Of a DNA stretch of 64,000 nt, positions 49,777 through 58,749 are shown in pieces. Source of the DNA: an uncultured Desulfospira sp. (GTDB lineage Bacteria; Desulfobacterota; Desulfobacteria; Desulfobacterales; Desulfobacteraceae). The stretch spans positions 4,288,001 to 4,352,000 of the forward strand of contig OY760175.1 of NCBI GenBank assembly GCA_963663165.1, read 5' to 3'. The position numbers were made by a program, and so were the translations under genes. Each line of letters opens with the position of its first letter. The first letter of the stretch is position 1. The notes beneath the pieces are model-generated. The model did no database searches and was not told the DNA's origin. It saw nothing but the letters and a program-made list of their open reading frames with translations.

Positions 49777-50155
49777 ATCCCCGCCGGGGAAATTGTGTGA
49801 CGACTTGACCTGAAGAGCCGCAGAACTGACAATATGGTTTGATTGGAAGGCCCTGAATCTGAAACAAAATCCACAATATTATTGTCCTACACCAAGCAGG
49901 CAGCACTGTGGAAGCTGTATCATCCATGTTTTTTGTCTCTTGAATTTTTTTTCGATGCCGACGCCGGTTCTCGGCTTCCCGATGCCGTCTTTTCCCCTTC
50001 TCGGTCTGGCGGTATCGTCGCTGTGCTTCTCTTTTGTTTCTGAGGATTCCGGCCTTACGGCAGTCCCTGCAACAATAGGCCTGCCCTCTCCAGCAGAACC
50101 TGCAAACAAAAAATACGAAATGGCACCATCGGCATGTATTTGGAATTAAAAGCAT
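49769..50155 (-). CDS. Cys-rich basic protein (putative zinc-binding nucleic-acid-binding)
   Basis: CRWC..F..CRFC.RGQAYCCRDC, Arg-rich helix, C-terminal CQFCG. Confidence 0.7.
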   Translation of the reverse strand: MLLIPNTCRWCHFVFFVCRFCWRGQAYCCRDCRKAGILRNKREAQRRYRQTEKGKRRHREAENRRRHRKKIQETKNMDDTASTVLPAWCRTIILWILFQIQGLPIKPYCQFCGSSGQVVTQFPRRGYG

Positions 50156-50433
50156 TTTAGATTTTTCCGGTATTGCAGATAACCGGAAAATGATATAGAA
50201 ATATAACTGTGTGTGTGGGCTTCTCCGGCTATCGACGGGAGTTCACAATCAAAGCCCGGAGGGGCTACTCCGGGCTTTTTCTATGCATATGATTTGGAAT
50301 TATACGAATAAAATGAAAGATTTGAAAAATCTTTTTGAATAAAAATGAATAAAACTCACAACATAATCAAACACGCTACATAATTGGAGATAATCCTTCC
50401 CCACGCAGCCGGAAATTTTTGTGAGCAGATTTT

Positions 50434-52698
50434 TCAGGAGGGCGTGATTTTTATCTGGGCAGCCCCTTTATCACGCACTTCAGTGGCGCAGAATTTTTCA
50501 ATATCGGTTTTGGTTTTTTTCTCAGCATAAGTGCTTTTCAAAACCGTCCCCTGAAATATTTTTTTCAAAATTTTTATCTCGCAGTTGCTTTTCTGGGATC
50601 TGGCCCACTCATAAAAAGAATAGATGTCCTGTTCCAGGGTTAAAATTTTCTTTTCATTATTTTTCTTTAGCAGGGCGATCTGGCTTTCCAGTTTTTTGAT
50701 TTCCAAGTCACATTTTTTTTTCTCAAGGTTATACTCTTTAATAGACTTAACCGATTCTCCCATTCTTTTTTCAAAATTTTTTATCAGTGAGATTAAATTT
50801 TTTTTATTTTCTTTGTTTATTTGTTCTTTCTTTGCATTAAACTCTTTGACCAGCAGTTGTTGTTTTTCTTTAGCGTGATCATGAAACATTTTTAACTCTA
50901 TCATTTTCTGAAAAATTTTCTTGGAACCAAATGTCAGGTCCTCTTTTTGTTTTTCCAGCTCATTGACTTCCTGCATGAGTTCATCAATTTCTCCGGATCT
51001 TATCCTGTTATACGCCAGAAGCGCGTGTTCTGACCCGGCACAAAGGGTACATGCCCCCGTGGTCTGACTTCCGGCACCGGCCAGCACAATTCCCTGCTTG
51101 GCATAAACCTTTGAAGAAATCACCCGGCATTGGTCTGAATCAACCTTCCCGGCACTGTATATGGTTGAGTCATAAATTTCATTTTGGACATGAATATTGC
51201 CGAAGGTCTGGATGTTGCAGTTGTGGATATACCTGGCGCGGATGTTGCCATGGCTTTCGATGGTGCTGTCGGTAATGCCCACATCCACATGGATATCCCC
51301 CAATACTTTGATGGTGGCCCCCCGGATTTCAATGGCCTTGATCATGCCAGCCGTCACCGGAAAAGCCCCGGTCAGAATCCCTGAAATATGCAGCTGGGCG
51401 TATGGTTCCGGAGATGCCCCGTATCGAAAGTCCATATCTTCAAGAACATGGACGGTGGGATTGATGTACAGCTTTCTGGCAATGGACACAAACAATGCCC
51501 CGCTTTTGACGGCAACGATTTTTGCGCCTTTCTCCGTAATTTTGGTCCCTGGGCCGCTCCTGAAGGTAAAGTCTTTGCCCGGGTCTTGGGTTGAGCGGGT
51601 TTTTCCAAAAATATCGGTTTTATCGTATGCCGGCGTTGTTACTTCCTCCTCAACGATAATGTCCCCTTTCTTTGCCTGGGTTGTTTTGCCCTGTTTTGTC
51701 CCCCCTATAAAAGCGGTATGTTTTGCCTTTATCAGCTCTTCCGAGCCATCCTGGTAAGCCACGGTGAATTCTTTGTCGCCTTCCTGCAAATGAACTTCAA
51801 TAATGGCATCCGGATAAATCCCTGAGGTCACTTTTTGGTCCTCAAGGCTTTGTTTAATCATGGCCAGGGTGATGGGTTCAGTGGGTTTTTCGGCTATTTT
51901 TACCCGGGCCTCCATGTTGTCCTCACTGATGGATAAGACCAGGTTTTGTTCTTTGAAAAGCGCCTTTGCGGCGGCGGCCTCTTCGTGCCGCTCCTGCTCT
52001 TCTAAAACAATGTTCATCTGATCTACGCTCAGGGTGTTCATCTTAACCATAATGGTCCCAAGGTTGTTGATGACATTGTTTTTTTCAAACGATTCGGCCT
52101 GGGCGTCCTGAGCAGATTTAACATCTTTTTGGACGGCAAATTTTTTCTCTACAACCGCTGCCGCAAACTCAAGATCCAAGGCTTTTATTTTTAAGAACTG
52201 CTCTTCGTATTCTGAAAGTTGGACCTCTTTTTTGGGCGGCTTTTCCGGGGGCTCTTTCTTGCTGATAATTTCCTCTGCCTGCTGCTCGATAAACGATTGT
52301 TCTTTTAAGATGCTGTTTTTTTGCTTTTCGGTGATGACCTCGGTTTCAACCAGGATGTCACCGATGAGTTTTTTAACTTTGGCCCGCTGGAACTCCTTTC
52401 TTTGAAACTCCAAGGCCTTATCCACCTCCTCCTGGGTGGCAAACCCTTTTTCGATGACAATTTTACCGAATGTCTCCCCTTTTTTCCGGATAATATAAAA
52501 TTCCCGGATTAAGGTAAGAAGTCCGATCTGATACCCGGTGGCAAGGCCCTGGTTGATTAGAATGGTCTCGTAGTCCTGGGGACTGTTCTTTTTAGCATTT
52601 GAAGCGTGAAGGGCCGTAATTTTTTGATATTGGCCCTTATCAATGGTTCCATATTGTAATGCCAGGTCGGCCAGGCTTGGGACAGTGGTTTCAGTCAC
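50434..52698 (-). CDS. FapA/DUF342-like protein with N-terminal GspE_N/MshEN-like repeats
   Basis: ISEDNMEA, beta-helix region (GNIRARYIHNCNI) and coiled coil; N-terminal FGKIVIEKGF / IGDILVETEVIT repeats. Confidence 0.7.
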   Translation of the reverse strand: MTETTVPSLADLALQYGTIDKGQYQKITALHASNAKKNSPQDYETILINQGLATGYQIGLLTLIREFYIIRKKGETFGKIVIEKGFATQEEVDKALEFQRKEFQRAKVKKLIGDILVETEVITEKQKNSILKEQSFIEQQAEEIISKKEPPEKPPKKEVQLSEYEEQFLKIKALDLEFAAAVVEKKFAVQKDVKSAQDAQAESFEKNNVINNLGTIMVKMNTLSVDQMNIVLEEQERHEEAAAAKALFKEQNLVLSISEDNMEARVKIAEKPTEPITLAMIKQSLEDQKVTSGIYPDAIIEVHLQEGDKEFTVAYQDGSEELIKAKHTAFIGGTKQGKTTQAKKGDIIVEEEVTTPAYDKTDIFGKTRSTQDPGKDFTFRSGPGTKITEKGAKIVAVKSGALFVSIARKLYINPTVHVLEDMDFRYGASPEPYAQLHISGILTGAFPVTAGMIKAIEIRGATIKVLGDIHVDVGITDSTIESHGNIRARYIHNCNIQTFGNIHVQNEIYDSTIYSAGKVDSDQCRVISSKVYAKQGIVLAGAGSQTTGACTLCAGSEHALLAYNRIRSGEIDELMQEVNELEKQKEDLTFGSKKIFQKMIELKMFHDHAKEKQQLLVKEFNAKKEQINKENKKNLISLIKNFEKRMGESVKSIKEYNLEKKKCDLEIKKLESQIALLKKNNEKKILTLEQDIYSFYEWARSQKSNCEIKILKKIFQGTVLKSTYAEKKTKTDIEKFCATEVRDKGAAQIKITPS

Positions 52699-52864
52699 TT
52701 TTCACAGTTCCGGGCATGGACGTTATCATATCCAGCCAGAGAGGGGTTAATTATTAGTCACCAATCTTTTCTTTAGCTTTTACACTATATTCGGGCCAAG
52801 AACTCTTGGAGAGAAGCAAAAAGCTGTAAGAATACCATAAAAAATTTATAATATAATGTAAACC

Positions 52865-54334
52865 TTATCCCTGAAAAATGGGCCCAAGGTCCACATGGGT
52901 TTCAAAATGGGTTTTAAGCAGGTCATAGTTTTTTTCTTTGATGGCGGCCATGTCATGGATTTCAAAGTTATGACTTTCAAGGCCAATCAGGGAAAACCAT
53001 TTGGATACCACGGCTGCGGAATCAAAAAATCCGTGAATATAGGTACCGGCCACGGTTCCGTCGCTGCTGATGCACCCGTCATTCTCGTCACAGGGCAAAT
53101 GATTTCTGGCGCTGATGTTAAGAAAAGGAGCCCCTGAAGTTACCCGGGTCAGGCCCATGTGGATCTCATATCCTTTTCCAGAGGCCCCTTCCCAGGAATA
53201 ATCACTTAAGGTGGTGGTTTTCGGGTCTTTGAGTTCGGTTTCCACGGGTAGAAGCCCTAAGCCTTTGGTCCGGCCCGGGCTGCCCTCAACCCCGTAAGGG
53301 TCATCCACAAATTGCCCTAAAATCTGATATCCCCCGCATATCCCGAGGATATGGCCGCCCTGACGGTGGTAGGCCTTAAGGGCCGGCCCAAAGGTTTTTT
53401 TGATCCACCCAAGATCTGCCCGGGTATTTTTGGAGCCGGGGATAATGACGGCATTAAAACCGGACAGATCTATGGGCCGGTCAATGAACAGGGTCTGGAG
53501 CCCCTTGATTTCAGACAGGGCGTGAAAATCTGTAAAATTGGAAATATGGGGCAGCCGGATAATGGCAATGGCCGGCATTTCTTTATTTAACTCTTTGGTA
53601 TTATTCGGTTTTTCAATTTCAACCGAATCTTCTGCGTCAATTCTGAAATGGGAATACCAGGGGAGTACCCCAAATACTTTTTTGCCGGTAGTCTTCTCAA
53701 TCCAGTCCACGCCGTCCTTGAACAGGGCAATGTCCCCTCTGAAACGGTTGATGATAAATCCTTTGATCATGTTTCTATAGGTCTCCGGCAGGCAGGCCAG
53801 GGTGCCCACAATCTGGGCAAACACCCCGCCCCTGTGAATATCAGCCGTCAGCACCACATGGGCATTGGCATGGGCGGCCATGGGAAAATTGACAACATCA
53901 CTGTCCATAAGGTTCACTTCAGCACAGGAACCCGCCCCTTCCAGGATAATCCGGTCATATTTTTCTGATAACCGGTCAAACCCCTCCCAGGCCTTTTCAC
54001 AGTAAAATCCTTTGTTTTTATGGTAATCCATTGCCGTATGGTTTCCAAAAGCTTTTCCAAACAGCACCACCTGGGACTGCTTTTCTCCGGTGGGCTTTAA
54101 CAGGATCGGGTTCATGTCCACATGGGGAATAACCCTGGCCGCTTCTGCCTGAACAATCTGGGCCCGCCCCATTTCAAGGCCCTCAGGGGTGATCCCTGAA
54201 TTATTGGACATGTTCTGGGCTTTAAAGGGGGCTATCTTCTCTTTTTTATCGGCCAGGCTGCGGCAGATGGCGGCCGCCACAATGCTTTTGCCCACATCTG
54301 ATCCGGTTCCCATTACAGCAATGTTGGTTCTCAT
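52865..54334 (-). CDS. cobQ: Cobyric acid synthase
   Basis: GTGSDVGKS, PFKAQNMSNN, MNPILLKP, EGAGS, GICGGYQ, GTYIHG. Confidence 0.96.
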   Translation of the reverse strand: MRTNIAVMGTGSDVGKSIVAAAICRSLADKKEKIAPFKAQNMSNNSGITPEGLEMGRAQIVQAEAARVIPHVDMNPILLKPTGEKQSQVVLFGKAFGNHTAMDYHKNKGFYCEKAWEGFDRLSEKYDRIILEGAGSCAEVNLMDSDVVNFPMAAHANAHVVLTADIHRGGVFAQIVGTLACLPETYRNMIKGFIINRFRGDIALFKDGVDWIEKTTGKKVFGVLPWYSHFRIDAEDSVEIEKPNNTKELNKEMPAIAIIRLPHISNFTDFHALSEIKGLQTLFIDRPIDLSGFNAVIIPGSKNTRADLGWIKKTFGPALKAYHRQGGHILGICGGYQILGQFVDDPYGVEGSPGRTKGLGLLPVETELKDPKTTTLSDYSWEGASGKGYEIHMGLTRVTSGAPFLNISARNHLPCDENDGCISSDGTVAGTYIHGFFDSAAVVSKWFSLIGLESHNFEIHDMAAIKEKNYDLLKTHFETHVDLGPIFQG

Positions 54335-54843
54335 TTTTCGATTCCCACCCGGGCCATCACCCCTTGCTGATAATAATGTTTGATTTCTTTCATCTCGGTT
54401 ACCAGGTCCGCTCTGTTTATCACGGACTCCAACGCCCCCCGGCCCGTTATGACCAGTTCCACGTTTTCAGGTTTCATATCCAGAAGGGCCAGCAGTTCTT
54501 CTTCTGAAAAAAGGTTACAGGTTACCGCCACATTGCCCTCTTCTGCGATGACCAGGTCATAGCGCCCGCTTTTTAATGCGTCGCATAATTTTAAATACCC
54601 GGTCCGGGCCGAAGCCTGTTCTTCTTCAGACGGATTTCCCATAACGAATTTACCCGCCCCGAACTGCTCAATGGTAATGGTATCAAACTTGGACAATGCC
54701 TTTATTTCCGAATAATCCCCGTGCTTGAGGAACTGGGCAATATACACCTTTAAACCGGCCCCGGCAGCCCTCATGGCAAGCCCTAAACTCGCCGTTGTTT
54801 TTCCTTTCCCGTTTCCGGTGTAGACCTGGATATATCCTTTCAT
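54331..54843 (-). CDS. cobO: Cob(I)yrinic acid a,c-diamide adenosyltransferase
   Basis: VYTGNGKGKTTA, QFLK, VITGR, ADLVTEM..IKH. Confidence 0.95.
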   Translation of the reverse strand: MKGYIQVYTGNGKGKTTASLGLAMRAAGAGLKVYIAQFLKHGDYSEIKALSKFDTITIEQFGAGKFVMGNPSEEEQASARTGYLKLCDALKSGRYDLVIAEEGNVAVTCNLFSEEELLALLDMKPENVELVITGRGALESVINRADLVTEMKEIKHYYQQGVMARVGIEK

Positions 54844-54855
54844 ATAAAAGTCTCC

Positions 54856-55641
54856 TTATGCGCTGATATTGTATTTTTTCGTGTACCCCCTTGGTGTAAA
54901 CATAAAATCCATGTACTGCATGGAGGTTGATGAGCCGATAAACACCACGGTCTGCATGCCCACCTGTTCACAATCCATCTCTTTAATGGTGGTCAGATAA
55001 ATTTGCTGGTTTTCTCTCATTGCCCCGGTCACCACGGCCACAGGGGTATCGGGAGACCGGTGTTCCATGATCAGGTCCCTGGCGCGGGCCAGCTGCCAGT
55101 CCCGTTTTTTGCTTTTAGGGTTGTAAAGCACCATAACAAAATCCGCCATGGCGGCACAGGTCAGCCGTTTTTCGATTTTGTCCCAGGCCGTTAACAGATC
55201 ACTTAGAGATATAGCGGCAAAATCATGGGTCAGGGGTGCACCGGCCAGGGCCGCACCAGCGGCCAGGGCTGGAATCCCCGGAACCACTTCCAGTACAAGG
55301 CAGTTCCCAGAGGCCCCCTCCGGTGGTGTCCTGTAAATTGGAATTTTCTTTTGGGCGCAGATTTCAAACACCAGGCCGGCCATAGCGTATATTCCGGGAT
55401 CTCCCCCAGAAACCAGGGCGCATGATTTTCCGGCCAATGCCTGCTCAATGGCCTGTTCCACCCGGTCCATTTCCTTCATCATGCCCGTGGATATGAGGGG
55501 TTTGTCTTTTATTAAATGGGCAATTAAGTCCAGATACGTGGTATAACCGGCAATACAGTCTGCCTGTTCAATGGCCTCCTGGGCCCGTTTTGACATATGG
55601 TCCGGACTTCCCGGACCTGTTCCGACAATAAATAATTTCAT
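54856..55641 (-). CDS. cbiH: Precorrin-3B C17-methyltransferase
   Basis: GY.TYL, SGGDPGIYAMAG, HDFAAISLSDLLT.W, YNPKS, TPRGY. Confidence 0.93.
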   Translation of the reverse strand: MKLFIVGTGPGSPDHMSKRAQEAIEQADCIAGYTTYLDLIAHLIKDKPLISTGMMKEMDRVEQAIEQALAGKSCALVSGGDPGIYAMAGLVFEICAQKKIPIYRTPPEGASGNCLVLEVVPGIPALAAGAALAGAPLTHDFAAISLSDLLTAWDKIEKRLTCAAMADFVMVLYNPKSKKRDWQLARARDLIMEHRSPDTPVAVVTGAMRENQQIYLTTIKEMDCEQVGMQTVVFIGSSTSMQYMDFMFTPRGYTKKYNISA

Positions 55642-56705
55642 GGTTTCACCGCCACCGCCAGGGTAATATCTTTGTTTTTCTTTTTGGGTAAAATAAGTTT
55701 TCCATTAACTGCTGCCAGAATGGCCGCGGCCTCGCAAACGCTTTTAACCCCCATATGCTTTTCAACCATTAGGGATGGGGTTTTTATGTCATCCACACCG
55801 TTTAATTCATCCCGGCTGTAAAACCGGATGGGGATGTCCAGGGCCCGGGACAATGCCAGCAACCCCGATTCATCTTTTTTTGCATCAATGGTGGCAAGGG
55901 TATAGAGGCTGTTGAGGCTCAGGCCTTCATTTGCCATAATATCTTTAAAAAATTGATGGATGTCCTCGAAGGGCGTGTTCCGGTTACACCCCATGCCAAC
56001 GCACAACACCCGGGGCCGGAGGATCATTGTTTCACATGAAACTTTTTGGGCCTTCCAGGAGCATAGCAGATCAATCTGAACTTGATCCGGTCCTGCCGGC
56101 TCCCTGTATGATTCGGGCAAAGCGTCCGTTAAGCGCTGTTCCGGATCATGAATAATTATTTTTTTATTCTCCAAAAAGGCCATGTTGATCCGCTTGATAT
56201 GTTCCGGGGTTTCAATGAAAAGCCCCTTTTTTTTTGCCACCAAGTCAATGGATGGCAACTGATTCACATCGGTTGCTGTTGTGATAACCGGCACGGCGCC
56301 GGTCAGTTCCGCCATTTTCTGGGCCAGCTCATTGGCCCCACCAAGGTGGCCGGACAAAAGACTGATGGCGTGACAGCCCTGGTCATCCATGACCACCACG
56401 GCCGGGTCCACCAGTTTGGATTCAATAAGCGAAGCAATCATGCGAACAGCGATCCCCGTTGAAAAAATAAAAACATGGCCCCTGAAATCTTTAAACCGGT
56501 TTTTGATTTCCCTTCCCAGGTTGTCAAAAACAGTCCAGCCTTCAATATGGCAGCCCTGGCTGATGTTTCGGCTTACAAACAACGAACCATCAGGTATTCT
56601 GGAACAGATTTTTTCGCCGAGGGCAAGCCCGTTAGGGGTTATGGCCCAAACCGCCAGTCGGCCGTTACCGGTTGATACCGGCTTGTTAAGAGGTGCGGTA
56701 TCCAT
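55638..56705 (-). CDS. cbiG: Cobalt-precorrin-5A hydrolase
   Basis: GIAVR, DPAVVV, SLLSGHLGGAN, ITTATD, GMGC.R, VCEAAA. Confidence 0.93.
   Translation of the reverse strand: MDTAPLNKPVSTGNGRLAVWAITPNGLALGEKICSRIPDGSLFVSRNISQGCHIEGWTVFDNLGREIKNRFKDFRGHVFIFSTGIAVRMIASLIESKLVDPAVVVMDDQGCHAISLLSGHLGGANELAQKMAELTGAVPVITTATDVNQLPSIDLVAKKKGLFIETPEHIKRINMAFLENKKIIIHDPEQRLTDALPESYREPAGPDQVQIDLLCSWKAQKVSCETMILRPRVLCVGMGCNRNTPFEDIHQFFKDIMANEGLSLNSLYTLATIDAKKDESGLLALSRALDIPIRFYSRDELNGVDDIKTPSLMVEKHMGVKSVCEAAAILAAVNGKLILPKKKNKDITLAVAVKP
56028..56043. other. parS-like site 1 (inside cbiG)
   Basis: TGTTTCACATGAAACT, 14/16 match to TGTTTCACGTGAAACA. Confidence 0.6.
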
Positions 56706-57465
56706 GATAAAAGCCCGGGTCATATAACTTTGATTTGGCCGGCTCGTTTCCGGCGCTGCCTGCTTCAACCCCTGGACCAACGATAATCAGGGCATGCCGG
56801 TCTATGTGGTTTTGCCTGCAGGTCTGATCAAGGCTGCTGATTTTGCAGGGAAGTATTTTCTCCTCGGGATGGGAGACTTTGTAGGCAATGATGCAATGGC
56901 TTTCGGGCCCATAATGGGTTTCAAGGATTCTTTGAACCGTTGCCGTGTGGGACATGCTCAGGTAAATGGCCATGGAGGATCTGTGAGCCGCCAGTTTTTC
57001 AAGGTCCTCGGTTTCCGGGACCGGCGTCCGCCCGGCAATGCGGGTGAGAATCAGTGTCTGGGTGGCTTCTGGAATGGTATATTCCATTTTAAGCCGGGCA
57101 GAAGCGGCAAAGGCCGCTGTCACGCCAGGGATAACCTGGCACGGGATACTGTTTTTTTCAAGTTCAAGGATCTGCTCAAAGATGGCGCCGTATAATGCCG
57201 GATCTCCGGTATGAAGGCGAACCACGCGCTCTCCTTTCTTATAGGCGGTTAAGATTAATTCAACAATCTGGTTTAAATTGAGATCAGCGCTGGATATGGT
57301 CCGGGTATGGTCACCTTTCCAGCAGAGTACCGCCTCGGGAACCAGGGAGCCTGCGTAAATGATTAGATCGGCCGCTTGCAAGGCCTTCATGGCTTTAACG
57401 GTTATCAGCTCCGGGTCACCCGGTCCGGCTCCTGCAAAAATGACTTCTTTTTTATTTTTCTCCAC
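56686..57465 (-). CDS. cbiF: Precorrin-4 C11-methyltransferase
   Basis: GAGPGDPELIT, YAGSLV, RLHTGDPALYGAI.EQ, SKLYDP.F.HGYR; GTG start. Confidence 0.93.
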   Translation of the reverse strand: MEKNKKEVIFAGAGPGDPELITVKAMKALQAADLIIYAGSLVPEAVLCWKGDHTRTISSADLNLNQIVELILTAYKKGERVVRLHTGDPALYGAIFEQILELEKNSIPCQVIPGVTAAFAASARLKMEYTIPEATQTLILTRIAGRTPVPETEDLEKLAAHRSSMAIYLSMSHTATVQRILETHYGPESHCIIAYKVSHPEEKILPCKISSLDQTCRQNHIDRHALIIVGPGVEAGSAGNEPAKSKLYDPGFYHGYRTS

Positions 57466-57476
57466 TGGTTGTTCCT

Positions 57477-58748
57477 TTATTGTTCCTGGGCCTGCGCTGG
57501 TTTTGGTTTTTTCCCCTGGATGAGCCATACGGGGTTTAAGGCTTCAAGACGGTCGCCAAAGGGCATGGCTTTAGACCGTGAAATTAAAATCTGGACCATG
57601 GATGGATGAAATCCCCGGGTCTTTAAGGTCGCCAGGGCCATGTTGGTATTTTGAACCAGTACGGTACTCACCACTATGATCCCGCCATCTTGAAGATGTT
57701 CGCAGGAGGCGTTTAAAATATTTCCCAGGTCCCTGCCGCCGCCGCCAATGAAAATCCGGTCCGGGCATGGCAATTCCTGGGCCTGTTCCGGAAATTTAAG
57801 ATTGTGTACCGAAATATTGGCACAGTTAAACCGGGTTATGTTGTTGTTAATATCAGATATCCGGTTCGGGTTTTTTTCCAGGGCAACCACTTTTCCCCGG
57901 GGGATCATGGCCGACGCCTCAATGGAAACAGACCCGGATCCTGCCCCCACATCCCATAATGTATGATCTTTTCGGTTCAAGCACAATTTGGCCAGGCAAA
58001 CGGCCCGTATCTCTGATTTTGTGATTAACCCCTTGGTATGGGAAAACAGGTGGTCGTCCATTCCAAAGGTTGTTTCATGTGAAACATTGGCAGCCTCATT
58101 CTCTTTTGATGAAATGCCCTGGGACTTAATCAAAATCACAATGTTGGGATGGCTAAATTTTTGTGCCGTAACCTGTGCATAATCATCAAACCAGCGTATG
58201 GACTGCCGGTCGGTGTCCCCGAGATTTTCAAGAACGCAGATTTGAAATCCAGTGACATTGTGCTGGATGAGTTGCCCGGCGATAAATTCCGGCCCTTTGC
58301 CTGGCGAGGTTAAGAACGCCACCTTAGATTTAAAGTTCAAGTTTGAAAATGAGAAATCCACCCGCCCCTTGGCGTGCAGGCTGACCAGATGGGCATCATG
58401 CCAGGGCACTTTAATGGCGGCAAATGCCGCTGATATGGAACTGATGTTGGGGTGGATAACGATCTGATTCCGGTCAAAATGGTTCAGCAAAGCAGACCCA
58501 ATCCCGTGAAAAAGGGGATCGCCAGAGGCCAGGACAACGATTCGTTTAGTGGTGAAAAGGTCTTTGACTTCCCGGATGACCTGTCCAATGTCCCTTTTAA
58601 TAAGGATGCAATGGGCGCTGTGGCCGGCAAACAGATCAAGGTGCCTTTGGCCGCCCACCAGCACCTGGGCTTGGCCAATCAGTTCCAGGTGGGTCTGGGT
58701 TAAATCCTGCCGGCAAAGGCCAATACCGATAACGTGAATAGGCTCCAT
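57477..58748 (-). CDS. cbiET: Bifunctional precorrin-6Y methyltransferase/decarboxylase CbiET
   Basis: LASGDPLFHGIG; ITKSEIR, WDVGAGSGSVSIE, PDRIFIGG, ALNPV. Confidence 0.93.
   Translation of the reverse strand: MEPIHVIGIGLCRQDLTQTHLELIGQAQVLVGGQRHLDLFAGHSAHCILIKRDIGQVIREVKDLFTTKRIVVLASGDPLFHGIGSALLNHFDRNQIVIHPNISSISAAFAAIKVPWHDAHLVSLHAKGRVDFSFSNLNFKSKVAFLTSPGKGPEFIAGQLIQHNVTGFQICVLENLGDTDRQSIRWFDDYAQVTAQKFSHPNIVILIKSQGISSKENEAANVSHETTFGMDDHLFSHTKGLITKSEIRAVCLAKLCLNRKDHTLWDVGAGSGSVSIEASAMIPRGKVVALEKNPNRISDINNNITRFNCANISVHNLKFPEQAQELPCPDRIFIGGGGRDLGNILNASCEHLQDGGIIVVSTVLVQNTNMALATLKTRGFHPSMVQILISRSKAMPFGDRLEALNPVWLIQGKKPKPAQAQEQ
58071..58086. other. parS-like site 2 (inside cbiET)
   Basis: TGTTTCATGTGAAACA, 15/16 match to consensus parS. 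Confidence 0.7.
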
Positions 58749-58749
58749 T

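Larger units (their letters stand above)
46266..50383 (-). mobile_element. RIT (recombinase-in-trio) element with two extra genes, 4118 bp
   Basis: Three overlapping tyrosine recombinases; inverted ends TTATGTTGCG / CGCTACATAA; flanking 6-bp direct repeat TTGGAG at 46260-46265 and 50384-50389. Confidence 0.85.
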
